Assembly (NCBI GenBank): GCA_029974275.1
Contig: JARKSN010000030.1
Location: 8,101-72,100 of the forward strand
Direction: 5' to 3'
DNA: 64,000 nt
From: Candidatus Hydrogenedentota bacterium
Lineage (GTDB): Bacteria; Hydrogenedentota; Hydrogenedentia; Hydrogenedentales; SLHB01
Shown: piece by piece, positions 50,795 through 61,800 of the stretch
How the letters are laid out: every line of letters starts with the position of its first letter
Numbering within the stretch: the first letter of the stretch is position 1
Position numbers and translations under genes: made by a program
The notes under the pieces: generated by a model
Seen by the model: the letters and a program-made list of their open reading frames with translations, nothing else
What the model was told of the DNA's origin: nothing
Databases searched by the model: none

Positions 50795-52036
50795 ATGTCC
50801 AAGTTCGCCTATAGGGCCATGAACAAGGATGGCCGGGAAGTGTTCGGCATCATCGACGCCGAGAATCAGGCCCTTGCCATCAACGATGTGCGCAACTTGG
50901 GGCTGTTTCCGACCCAGGTGCGTCAGGCGAGCAAAGCCGATGAGCGGCGCGCGCGCGGCAAGAAAAAGGGGGGGCTGAGCGAGCTGTATTTTGGCGGCGT
51001 CACCACCAAGCAACAGGTGGTCATGACGCGCCAGTTGGCGACGTTGATCGACGCGGGCCTGCCGTTGCTGCGCAGCCTCAACGTGCTCATCGCGCAGCAA
51101 AAACCCTGTAAGCTCCGCGATATTCTTACGGAGGTTTCTTCGGACATTCAGTCGGGATCGACGTTCTCGGAGGCGTTGGCGAAGCATCCGAAGGAGTTCG
51201 ACCGGTTGTACGTCAACATGGTGCGCGCGGGCGAAGTGGGCGGCATGCTCGAGGAAGTGCTGAACCGTCTGGCGATTTTCATGGAGCGCCGGCAGGCCCT
51301 GCGCCGCAAGGTCAAGGGGGCGATGGTATATCCCGTTGCGGTCATCATCATCGCGGCGGGCATTGTGTTGTTTCTGTTGCGTTTCGTCGTGCCGCAGTTC
51401 GTGGTGATTTTCTCCGATTTCAAGGCCAAACTGCCGTGGATGACGACGTTTTTGATGGCTTGCGGCGATTTCGTGACCTACAAATGGTGGCTCATGAATG
51501 TGTATGTGAGCGGTTTCGTGATATTTTGGAAGATCATCGCCAAGGTGCCGTTGACCAAGCGCATTTATGATCGCGTGGTGTTGAAATTGGGGCCGATTGG
51601 CGATCTCGTCACCAAGGTGGCGGTGGCCCGGTTTGCGCGCACGCTGGGCACCCTGATCACGTCGGGCGTGCCGATTTTGCAATCGCTCAAAATCACCAAG
51701 GAAACCATCGGCAACGAGGTCATCGAGAACGCCATCCAGAAGGTGCATGACAGCATCAAGGAGGGCGACACCATCGCGGCTCCGTTGGATGAGGCCAAGG
51801 TGTTTCCCGCGATGGTCGTGAACATGATCGACGTCGGCGAGGAGACGGGCAGTCTGGACTCGATGCTGATGAAGATTGCGGACATTTACGACGCGGAGGT
51901 GGAGGCGGCGGTCGAGGCGTTGCTTCGATTGCTCGAGCCGGCGCTGATCATCGTGCTGGGGTTCATCATCGGATTCATTGTCATCGCGCTGTATTTGCCG
52001 ATATTCGCGCTCGCCGACAGTCTCAGCGAAGGCTAG
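50795..52036 (+). CDS. pilC: PilC/GspF inner-membrane platform protein
   Basis: RQLATLIDAGLPL; AGEVGG.L; ARTLGTLITSGVPI; VGEETG.LD; LEP. Confidence 0.95.
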   Translation: MSKFAYRAMNKDGREVFGIIDAENQALAINDVRNLGLFPTQVRQASKADERRARGKKKGGLSELYFGGVTTKQQVVMTRQLATLIDAGLPLLRSLNVLIAQQKPCKLRDILTEVSSDIQSGSTFSEALAKHPKEFDRLYVNMVRAGEVGGMLEEVLNRLAIFMERRQALRRKVKGAMVYPVAVIIIAAGIVLFLLRFVVPQFVVIFSDFKAKLPWMTTFLMACGDFVTYKWWLMNVYVSGFVIFWKIIAKVPLTKRIYDRVVLKLGPIGDLVTKVAVARFARTLGTLITSGVPILQSLKITKETIGNEVIENAIQKVHDSIKEGDTIAAPLDEAKVFPAMVVNMIDVGEETGSLDSMLMKIADIYDAEVEAAVEALLRLLEPALIIVLGFIIGFIVIALYLPIFALADSLSEG

Positions 52037-52120
52037 GGCGACAAACGGGACAATCCGGGCCGCGTGGCGGTCCGTGGGGAAGGAATCGAAACGGGTGGCC
52101 GTTTTCGAAGGAGGTCAGAC

Positions 52121-52852
52121 ATGAAGCGCAGTGGTTTTACCCTCATCGAACTGCTGGTGGTCATTGCCATCATCAGCATCCTGGCGGCCATCGCCGTGCC
52201 CAATATCGCCCGGTACATCGCCAAAGCCCAAATGGCCAAGGCCGTCTCCGAAATAAGCAGCATCGAGTTGTCCCTCACCAAGATGCTGGCGGATTCGGGG
52301 AAAAAGGATTTCAGCCAATTTTTCACGAGCATTCCGAGCGCAAACGTGGCGGAAGCCCTTGAAATCTACAAAGATTGGTTTTACAAGCTTTTGCGGGTCG
52401 GCCGGGCCGCCATCAACGATAATGTTCCTTTGCGATCGGAAGTGGTCGCCCGGCTTGGCGACAGCTACCTTGATCTCGGCAAGGATCCGTGGGACAACCG
52501 TTACTTCTTCTATCCCGGTCCCTGGAAAGGGCCCATGGCGTTCCGCTCCCATGTTCGTCTTCCCGAAAACGCGGCGGGCGAGCCCCAAGTTTACGTATAC
52601 GACGCCAATCGCAAAGCGGAACGGGATGCCGACGTTCCGGGCAATCCAAGGGCGGACGGGCTCCCTGGCTTTCCGGCGCCTCGTTCGATGAACGTGTACA
52701 TATGGTCTGCGGGCCAGAATTTGGAGAACGATCAGGCGATCATCGAGATGTACGGCGACCCGAACGCACATGATCCTCTTTATAAGGGAGGAGGCGATGA
52801 TATCAACAATTGGGACAACAACGCCGGCTGGTCGGGATTTTATGGAGGCTAG
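52121..52852 (+). CDS. GspG-like major (pseudo)pilin with insertions
   Basis: MKRSG|FTLIELLVVIAII; KDPWDNRYFFYPG; IWSAG; C-terminal GGGDDINNW; strong GGAGG RBS. Confidence 0.85.
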   Translation: MKRSGFTLIELLVVIAIISILAAIAVPNIARYIAKAQMAKAVSEISSIELSLTKMLADSGKKDFSQFFTSIPSANVAEALEIYKDWFYKLLRVGRAAINDNVPLRSEVVARLGDSYLDLGKDPWDNRYFFYPGPWKGPMAFRSHVRLPENAAGEPQVYVYDANRKAERDADVPGNPRADGLPGFPAPRSMNVYIWSAGQNLENDQAIIEMYGDPNAHDPLYKGGGDDINNWDNNAGWSGFYGG

Positions 52853-53023
52853 TCGGCAGGACTGACGCGGCCGCCGCGCCGTCTGAGCGGCATTCGGACG
52901 CATCCTAGCGGGGACGTGCGGATTGCTTCGGTACGATCGCAACGACGGATGTGCAGCGGATTGCATAGAGGAAATTGTCCGCCACGGATGGCGGATGGCG
53001 CAGAACAAACGGGAGTGGACAAC

Positions 53024-53764
53024 GTGAAGGCGCAACGGCCGTATCGCCTCGGCGGATTCACGCTGATTGAGCTGTTGGTCGCACTGGCGATTGTCGCGAT
53101 CGTGCTGGCGGCCGCCGTGCCGGGATTCGTGCGCCTGGGCGCGTTCGCCCACAACGACGCCGAGCGCGCCGCCCGCGATCTCGCCAACCTGCTAAGCGCC
53201 GCCCGGATGTACGCCGGCACCTTCCACACCGACACGGCCGTCGTGTATGTGCAACGGCAATATCCCGGCGGATCCGTCGTGGGCGCCGTTTCCTGCGCGA
53301 TGGCGCGCCGCGTCACGGACGACGAGGTCCGTCGGTTCAGCGTCGCCACCGACAAGCGCATTTCGTTCGTGTTGACGGGAGGAGGCGATGGCAATTTCCG
53401 GCAAATGCCGGGCGATGCGTGTCTCTTGCAGGAAACGCTTGATTGGGCGAACAAGAATGAGACCGGCGTGCTGCCTGTGGCGTTGTATCGAACGAATGAG
53501 GACGATGCGTTGGAGTTTGTCGATCCGGTTTTGGAATACGCCGGGGATGCAAGATTTCCCGCCCATGTGTTTACGGCGTCGGGCATGTTGCGCACGGATT
53601 CGCCGCGTGCGCGGGTTTCGATAAAGGTGGGGCTCTCGCCCGAGGCTCCGGAGCGGGAGCAGTATCAACTGGGCGCCGATGGCGAGATCGACGCCAACAA
53701 GCCGGTGTACGAGCAGATTGATTTGTACGTGGCGTTGGGCCGTGTGCAGATTGCGGAGCGATAG
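53024..53764 (+). CDS. Minor pilin, GspH/FimT-like
   Basis: GG|FTLIELLVAL; LSAARMYA; VFTASG; LGRVQI C-terminus. Confidence 0.8.
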   Translation: MKAQRPYRLGGFTLIELLVALAIVAIVLAAAVPGFVRLGAFAHNDAERAARDLANLLSAARMYAGTFHTDTAVVYVQRQYPGGSVVGAVSCAMARRVTDDEVRRFSVATDKRISFVLTGGGDGNFRQMPGDACLLQETLDWANKNETGVLPVALYRTNEDDALEFVDPVLEYAGDARFPAHVFTASGMLRTDSPRARVSIKVGLSPEAPEREQYQLGADGEIDANKPVYEQIDLYVALGRVQIAER

Positions 53765-54211
53765 ATGAAACGTATGCAACGTGAACAAGGCTTTTCGCTG
53801 CTGGAGACGCTGATCGCGCTGACGCTGTTCGCGGCAGGGGTGATGGCGGTGATGAAGCTATTCCCGATGTCGTTGCGGCAGGCGCAAGGGGCCGCCGAGC
53901 GCACGGTGGCCGCGCAACTCGCCGATTCCAAGTTCGGGACGTTGCGCACGGAGGGCTATGCGCGCGTCGCCCCCAATGCAGGGCGCTACATGCAGGACGC
54001 GGCGAGCGATCTGTCGATTCCTCCTGCGTTGCGTTTCACGATATCGTCGATCGAGCAGGTCGGCGATATCTACGGCATCTACGACGGGTACAGCACGAAG
54101 ATTCAGCGCATGGGCGCATCGGATGGGGCGGGCCTCCATCGGGTCGTGTTCAACGTGAAAATGTACGATGGGCGTTACGAGCGTTTCGTGACGTACTTGG
54201 CCAACCCGTGA
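53765..54211 (+). CDS. Minor pilin, GspI/PilV-like
   Basis: QG|FSLLETLIAL; TVAAQLA; 148 aa. Confidence 0.82.
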   Translation: MKRMQREQGFSLLETLIALTLFAAGVMAVMKLFPMSLRQAQGAAERTVAAQLADSKFGTLRTEGYARVAPNAGRYMQDAASDLSIPPALRFTISSIEQVGDIYGIYDGYSTKIQRMGASDGAGLHRVVFNVKMYDGRYERFVTYLANP

Positions 54212-55719
54212 GAATGGATGGGCGCATGAGGATCGCAACAGGACTGGCGGGCGGCTGTGCGGGCCGGAGCGGATCGGGGCGCCGGCCTGTTTGCGCGCGG
54301 ATCGCCGGGTTCACGCTGGTCGAGTTGATCATCGCCTTGGCGATCACGTCGACCGTGCTCGTGGCTATTGCGGGCGTGTTTGTCGGCAGCATGCGCGCCG
54401 TCCGCAGCGGCTACCAAACCATCGACGCCACGGAGCAGGCCCGCAATGCCGTCAATCTGATCCAAAACGATCTGCAATCGGCCTTCACCGCCCGCCAGTT
54501 CGGCGAGCATTATCATTTTTATGGAACGCCCATCGGCTTCACCTTCATTGGGGTTGCCGCCAAGTTGGGCAAGGTGTCCGTATCCGGGGACAACAACGAC
54601 ACGGGGCTTGCCCGGGTCACGTACGTCGTCTATCTGGGCGATCGCGTCAAGGCGCGCCGTTTTGCGGACACGCCTCCGTTAGCGGAATCATATTTCGCGC
54701 AGGGCATCGTTTCGCGGGAAGACATGACGCGCATCGAGGCGTCGGCTTTCGATACGACGGTTCTTCCGCCTTCCTTGCCGGGGGGGGGCAATGCCGATCC
54801 CGCTTCGCGGCATGTTTTCACGTTTCCGTTGCTGCGCGTCGTGGAGCCTGGGGCGCAGGACCTCGACAATTTTCCGGTGGACTGGGATTTTCTCATGGGC
54901 AACGGCGCGATCGGGGAGTTGCAGCCGCCTTCCGAGTCGGTGAATGTGCGTGCGGAACTCGCCCATGCCGTTGGGGACATCGATTTTTTGCAGCATCTGC
55001 CGTCGTTGAGCCCGGCGCAGCAGCAGCTTTTGGCCGCCAAGAAGCGGGAGATCTGGATTCGCATGCTTGCGGGCGATCCGAGCATGCCCAATCTCTGGGA
55101 TCTCTGGCGTCAGACGTCGGCGCCTCCGCCGCAGTTGTCCTCCAATGTGGGCGACTATATCGTGGCCGTCAACCTGGTCTATCCCGAGTTGGAGGACCCG
55201 ATCGATGGGAGGCCGCAGTATAGCGATTTGATTCGGAATGCGCTGTCCACGCGGTTCCAGTCGATGGCTCCTTGGGGCGGCGAGCGCGATAGGCGTCTTT
55301 TTGCGCCGTTTGATGTAAACGGAAATGGGTTGGAGGACATTGTCGTTCCTGATCCGAACGATCCGGTCAATGGGACGGTTTATCTGGATGATCCCGGGGC
55401 TCCTCCGCCCGACAGGCTCGATGCGTACCACGCGTACGCGCCTTTTGCGTACAACGCGTGGGCGCTGGAGGAGGGCCGGCAGAAACAGACGCCGTATTGG
55501 GGCGCGGAGCCTAACGTTCCGCAGTTGCTCGACAGCGGCGATCCGCGCCAGTACGCGGGTCCTGGGTCGCCGTTGACGCCGCGCATCCCGGACTTGGTGC
55601 GCGTGCGGTTGCGGTTCATTCTGCCGAGTCCGTACATCGGCGCGCCGGATGTGGTGCGGCTGTACACGCGCGCCATCGACATCCCCAGCGGCTATGTCCG
55701 AAAAGTCGAGGGGGGGTGA
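54208..55719 (+). CDS. Minor pilin, GspJ/PilW-like (enlarged)
   Basis: AG|FTLVELIIAL; QARNAVNLIQNDLQSA; C-terminal IPDLVRVRL. Confidence 0.8.
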   Translation: MRMDGRMRIATGLAGGCAGRSGSGRRPVCARIAGFTLVELIIALAITSTVLVAIAGVFVGSMRAVRSGYQTIDATEQARNAVNLIQNDLQSAFTARQFGEHYHFYGTPIGFTFIGVAAKLGKVSVSGDNNDTGLARVTYVVYLGDRVKARRFADTPPLAESYFAQGIVSREDMTRIEASAFDTTVLPPSLPGGGNADPASRHVFTFPLLRVVEPGAQDLDNFPVDWDFLMGNGAIGELQPPSESVNVRAELAHAVGDIDFLQHLPSLSPAQQQLLAAKKREIWIRMLAGDPSMPNLWDLWRQTSAPPPQLSSNVGDYIVAVNLVYPELEDPIDGRPQYSDLIRNALSTRFQSMAPWGGERDRRLFAPFDVNGNGLEDIVVPDPNDPVNGTVYLDDPGAPPPDRLDAYHAYAPFAYNAWALEEGRQKQTPYWGAEPNVPQLLDSGDPRQYAGPGSPLTPRIPDLVRVRLRFILPSPYIGAPDVVRLYTRAIDIPSGYVRKVEGG

Positions 55720-55734
55720 TCGTGAGCAAGGAGA

Positions 55735-55826
55735 AGAACAAGACGCAACGGGATGAAAACGCGAAGAGAGACACTGTTGTGGGTCTTGGTTTTTCCTTTG
55801 TGTCCTATGCGTCTTTGTGGTGAATC
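55735..55826. repeat. Intergenic repeat element, copy 2 (shorter)
   Basis: CCTTTGTGTCCTATGCGTCTTTGTGGTGAATC at 55795-55826 with a purine-rich left arm. Confidence 0.65.
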
Positions 55827-55847
55827 TTAACTCGTAAGAGGAAATCG

Positions 55848-58800
55848 ATGCGTACAGACGCGCCGGCAAAGATGACGTCCGCACCTGCGCGGCTCTTTCA
55901 CGAGACGCGCGGCGCGGCTCTGTTGATTGTTCTGGGCATTTTGGTCATTTTGTTCGCGATCGCTCTCACGTTCTACACGACTGCCCGTTTTGAATTGCGT
56001 TCGGCGACCAATTATCGCAATAGCGTTCAGACCGATAGCATCACGGCGGCGGGTCTTGCGTACGCCATTGCCACCCTCGCGCATGACCGCGCCATCCACG
56101 CCGCCTACACCTCGCTGGACCACGCCTGGCGCACGTATTACAACGGCACGTGGATGTTCGGCAAGCCGTGGGTGGCGAAGCCGGGCAATACGGTTCCGCC
56201 CAACGTGCCGGGGCATTGGCCGCGCATTGAGTTCCCCCCCAACGCCACGGACGCCTGCGACGCGCTGTATATTCCCCGGCGCCAGAACAACGCGAACGAT
56301 CCGTTTGGGGATTTTCTGGTTCCCAGCGAGCGGCAGTCCATGGCTGCGGCGGATACGCTTCCCGCTCAATTTGTGGATCAGCTGCTCGGGCCGCGCGACG
56401 TTGCCGGCAACCGCATGTATTCGCTCGGCGCGGATAATGACGGCGACGGTTTGCTCGATTCCATGTGGATTCCCGTGCCGATGGATCGCATCTTGGATAA
56501 CGACGGGATCGATAACGATCTCGATGGATTCACCGACGGTCTGGATAACAACGGCGAGGTCGTCCGGCCTGGCGAAACAGGCGTTTTTCTTTATTGGGGC
56601 GGCAATGATGGCCTCGACAATGACGGCGACGGCTATGTCGACGAGCCGGATGAGCAGCGCATTTTCCTGACGTGTCCGATGGACCAAATCCGGGACGGCA
56701 GCGGCGCGCTCATTTCCATCAACTGGTCGCGCGTACAGGCGAGAGTCAACCTGGCGGCGCTTCGGGCGTATGCCAATATCCCCGAGGATGGGCGAGATCC
56801 GGATATTTCCATCGACCCCAATCGCGTGGACAGACTCGACAACGACCGTGATTTCATCGTCAACGAGGCGGACTATCACGTGATTCCCAGTCCGGCTCCG
56901 TCGCCGAACCAGCGGGCAAAGGCGTATAGCAACGTCATTGCGCCGGATTACCACGACCGGACCGACGTCGTGGTCACGGCGGCGGGCGAGCCGGTGTGCG
57001 ACATCGTCGGGCGCGTGGCGGTGTTGATCACCGACGAGAACAGCAAGGTCAACCTGAACGCCGCGCACGCAATGTCCCGCGAGGAAGATGCCGCCTACGC
57101 CGCCGCACCGATGGTCCGCGCGCTCGACCAGGGGATCGGGCCGCAGGAATACGACACCCGCGTCATCAAAGGGCCGGGCAGTGAGGGTTTTGGCGTCGCG
57201 CGCGCCGCGTATGTGCGCAATCTGCTCCATGGATCTCCCGACGGGACCGGCCTGGCCATTGCGAACGCGAACGCGTCGTCGTTGCTGCGGAATCCCGAAG
57301 GGGAAGCCGCCGCCCTTGCGCCGTATTTGCACGATATGGCGTTGCCGGGATATGGGCGCGTCGACGACAATGGCAATGCCCTGCCGCTCTCCATGAACGG
57401 ACTGGACGACGATGGCGACGGTTTGATCGACGAGGGGTTGTGGATTCCCGATCCGCCGGCGGCGGACGCCCCGAATTACGACGCCCAGAAAGCGTTGTAC
57501 GATCGGTACGTCGCTCTTTTCGGCAGAACTCTCGAGGGCATTGACGAGCCGCAGGAATTTCAGCGGTATCGCCCCTACCGGAACTTGGTCGCGGAGCGGT
57601 CCGATCCTGACACGCTCCGGGATTTTTTCCCGAACGGCGCGCAGATCGGTTCGTTGGCGGACCGCATTTTGCGGACAACCACGCAGATTCAGGCGGTGAC
57701 GGATATCGCTCCGTCCCGGTTCGACGCGGTTCGCCGGTTCGTTACCGTAAACAGCACGGATCGCAACGATCGGTTTTGGGTGCGCGTGAGCGACGCCCTG
57801 TCGGGCGTCCAGAACCAGCGCGGATCCATAGCCCATCCCTACCCCACGGGCAGCGGTCTGAAACTCGACCTTAACCATGCCTTCGCCGACGAGATCGCCC
57901 GGGCGCTCGTCGAGGATTGGGATTATTCTCCGCCGCGAATGGTCATCGATGACGCATGGATGCCGACTTTCGACATGAATTTTCCGGAAGGGCAAGCGGC
58001 TTGTTTTGCATTGGGGCTACGGCAAGAGTCCGGCGATATCACGGCGGGGGCGTTCCCGGTGTTTGATCTTGGATCGGGCCTGCGTCGCTGGGGCGAACTT
58101 CAGGCGGGGGGCGCCTATCAGTTGCCCGCCGATCGTGAACTGCGCGCCTACCAGATCGGCGCGGGCGTTCAAGATTTCCGCGACGCCGATTTCACGCGCA
58201 CGGATGTCAAACTGACGGTAAACGATCCCTTCGGCAGCCAGATAACAGGCCAATCCAAACAGATTACCTACACCCAAGCCGGCATCGAAAACATCCGCAT
58301 CAACGAACTCATGGTCCGCCCCGTCCGCCGCGTCGAGGCCGAGGCGACGCCGTCAACATCGGCCGATCATGCCATGTACGGCAACTTTGATCATACCCCT
58401 TATCAGATCTTGCCGATGTTTGGCGTGTCGCGGGAGTTTGCGATCGCCCGTCCCAGTGGCGGACGCATCCTTCCCGGCATCGCGGACCGCCTTCTCTATC
58501 CCGAAGGGATCGACCCCGATCATGTCACGGATTCCCTCACGCAATGGAGGGTCTGGCCAAACACCCTCGTGCTGGGAGCGGGAGCCACCCTTCAAACATC
58601 GGTTTCCACCATTCCGCTCCAGTTCGCCGAACTGCCGGACTCTAGCCCCGGCGAGATGCCCAATATTGTCGAGTTCGCGTTCAGCGCGTCGCAGGGGTTG
58701 CCGCCCGGACGTTACTATCTGATGATGAACATCTGGGACAACGAGGGCAGTTACAAAGACATGGCTGCCGGCGAGATTCGGTATGCGGTCAAGTACGTCC

Positions 58801-61800
58801 AAAGCGCGCCGCCCGCGATTCCTTGGGCAACCAACAAGAGCGCCGGCCCCTCGACAATTCTTGCGGATGTCATCGGCGGCATCAGTGCCCATCCGGACGC
58901 TTCCGCCACTCTCTTGAAGAACCACCCCTATTGGCGCACGCCGGTGTTGGAAGCGCAGGGTTCTCCCGCTGTAGGCACGGGAACGACGTTCCTGCCGGGA
59001 TCGCTTTTCCGCAATGGGACGGCGGCTCCGGGCTATGCGCAGGACTCGGCGTTCACCATCGAGATTCCTCCGGCAGGCTCCGGCGTTGAACTGCATGTCG
59101 CCATTTGGGCCAGCGCGGCCAGCAATGCGAATCCGATCGCCATCAACTTTTTCGATTTCAGCCAGGAGCCGGATCACGAATGGGTCGAGGTGCAGAATGT
59201 GGCGAAGTATGATCCAGCGATCCCGTTCGAGCAGCAGGTCATCGACATGTCCGGCTGGAAGCTTCAGACGCGCGTGAAGGATTTGGACACGGGCGATCCG
59301 AAGGACATCGAGATGATCGTGCCCGACAGGACTCGAATCGCGCCGGGCGGGTCGTTGTTGCTTGGGTTCAACAAGTTTGACGAGCTGGCGGACGATAGTG
59401 CGCTGACCCCGTCGAACCGGCTGCTCTGGAACAACGGCATTGGCCTTGCGGCCACACGCGGCGCTGGCGCTCTAGCTACGGCGCTGGCTCCTACCTTTCC
59501 GTGGCTGGCGACGGTCACGGCTCCGCCGTTCCCGATGGACCCGTTCCTTCTGGGAATGGCCGACTACGCGGATCTCGGAAACAGCGTCTTTTCGCGGGAT
59601 ACCGGTGAGGATTTTGTCGACGCGGACGGCGACGGCGTCCTCGACGCCAACTCGCCGGACGATGCCGTTCAATCCTCTGCGGAACGCGGACCTGACGGCC
59701 CGCTCGTATCGGCCCTGGGGATCGATCCCAAGCAGAAGCCGTGGGACCGCATCGTGGAACTCCAGTGCCCCGACGAAATCCAGTTTACCGGCGCGGAAAC
59801 CGAGCCGGAAGTCTTGGAAAAACTCGCCGCGATGTTGTTCCGCGGCGGCATGCTGCCGAATTATCCCGAGTTCGACGGCATCGACAACGACGGCGATAAC
59901 CTGGTTCTCTCGAACGACGGCGTCAACAACACCGGTAGCGCTTTGTTGCCGGACGGCGTCACTCCCAAGGAAGGCGATGAGCCCAACGAGGGGATAGACG
60001 AGGGGCGTTGGCGGTATGAGTGGACGGGAACGCAGGATCCCTTTAATTCTTCGAAACGCGTCAGCGTGCCGGGGAGTTATTCCGATCAACCTATGGTGGC
60101 GCAAACCCGGATAGGCCTGACGATCGCCCTAACGAGCGACGCTTTCCCTCCGGAGTGGAAGGCGTTTGTCGAGCGGCGGTTTTTCCCCGGCGATAATGTG
60201 ATCATCACGCTGCGGGACAACAACGATCATCTCGTGGATCGCGTGACGTATCGGCAGAAAGATGTTGAAAACAGCGCGATCGACGACAAGCTTTCGTACG
60301 GCACGAACCCGGAGAACGGCAGTTTACCCAACGTTTGGCCGGACAACACGATGGGGTTCGACTTTTACAAGACGTTGGAGCGGCGGCACCCGTTGTACGC
60401 GGGCGATGTATACGGCACGCAGAATCGTTGGCAAGCGACGGACGGCAATTACGATGACTGGGCCCCGAACATGGGCATTGGGCCGACGGGCGCGCTCACG
60501 TGGATGGACACGGATATCTATTACCGTGTGCTGGGACCGGCCGGACCGATTCCATGGCCTCAGGCGTTTGGCCATGCCTTGCAGGGATCGCCGTTGCGGG
60601 CAAATTTCGAGCAGCGCCTGATCGACGATTGGAAGCGCTACAATCCGGGCGGCGGGTTCTCGATGGCGAACCTCTATACGCCCAGCGTGCCGAGCGTGCC
60701 CGGCGGAAACGACATTACGTGGGCGCCGCGGTTGGCGACGGCGCGGAGCCGAGCGTTGGCGTCGGCGGCGGACTTGATGGCGATGCCGCAATTTTCCTTC
60801 AGCAAGGCGTACGGCACGAATAGCTCGCCGCTGTTTTTGTCGACGCTGGGCGGGGCCATTCTGGGCCAGGCGTTCACGGACGTCGTAGGACAGAACAATC
60901 CCATCGACAACCCGCCGCCCGGCCAGCCCGATGTCGCGCCGGGCGATTTCACGGCGTTGATGAACATCGCGTCGATGGATTCGCAGACGCTGTCCGTGGG
61001 TCAGGCGACGTTCTATCCGCTGTATCCGACGGTGCAGTACGTGAATGGCGACGGGACGTATGTCGGCTGGAACACCGCGCACGGCTTTGCGCCCCCGGCG
61101 TGGGCTCCGCTGATGCTCTTCGGGCCCGTATCGCCGGATGCCAATGCCGACTCGAGCGCGTTGCTTCCAGCCGATGCCGCTCTCGCCGCCAAGCTGTCGT
61201 GGTACGGCTACGACTACGCCCTCGCCCCGGCCTATCTGATGGAGCCGCCGCTGGCGTCCGCGTTCGACGATCTCAGCCGCTGGCCGTTGCGTCAACGTGC
61301 CGCGATGTACGTGTCGACCAACCGGTTCCCCAATTTTTTCCCTTCTTCGCTGCTTCCTGCTGCGGATGGCGCGCGGTACAGCGCATTTCCGCCGCTCAAT
61401 GCCGTTGATAACGCGCATGGCGCAGAGGCGTTGTTCGTATGGGACGGCGCTTCGGGTCTCGAAAACGGCGAGTACAACGTGTATGTCCAAGTGAACTCGC
61501 CGTTGGATGCGTTGCGCGCGGCGCATACCGCGGGGGGCAAACTTGATCCGCCGCGTTCGTTGCTGACGGCGTTGGGTGGCCGGTTTGTGCAAGAGGCGCA
61601 GGGATCGCTGCCGCAGGACGTGCTTGTGGACGTCGAGTTCTTCACGGACCGTAACGGCGACGGGCGTTGCTGGCGCGAGCCTTCGCCCAATCCCCAAACC
61701 CTGGCGGGCGATAACCTGCCGCAACAGGGCGAACTGGACCGCGGAAACAACACCCGCGCGGGCGACAGTTTCGGCGAGATGCGCGGCGTCCAGCCGAACA

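Noticed and set aside
43795-57995. Long minus-strand ORFs over ftsZ, pilB, pilT, pilC and the giant K gene
   Set aside because: Shadow ORFs opposite well-supported genes.
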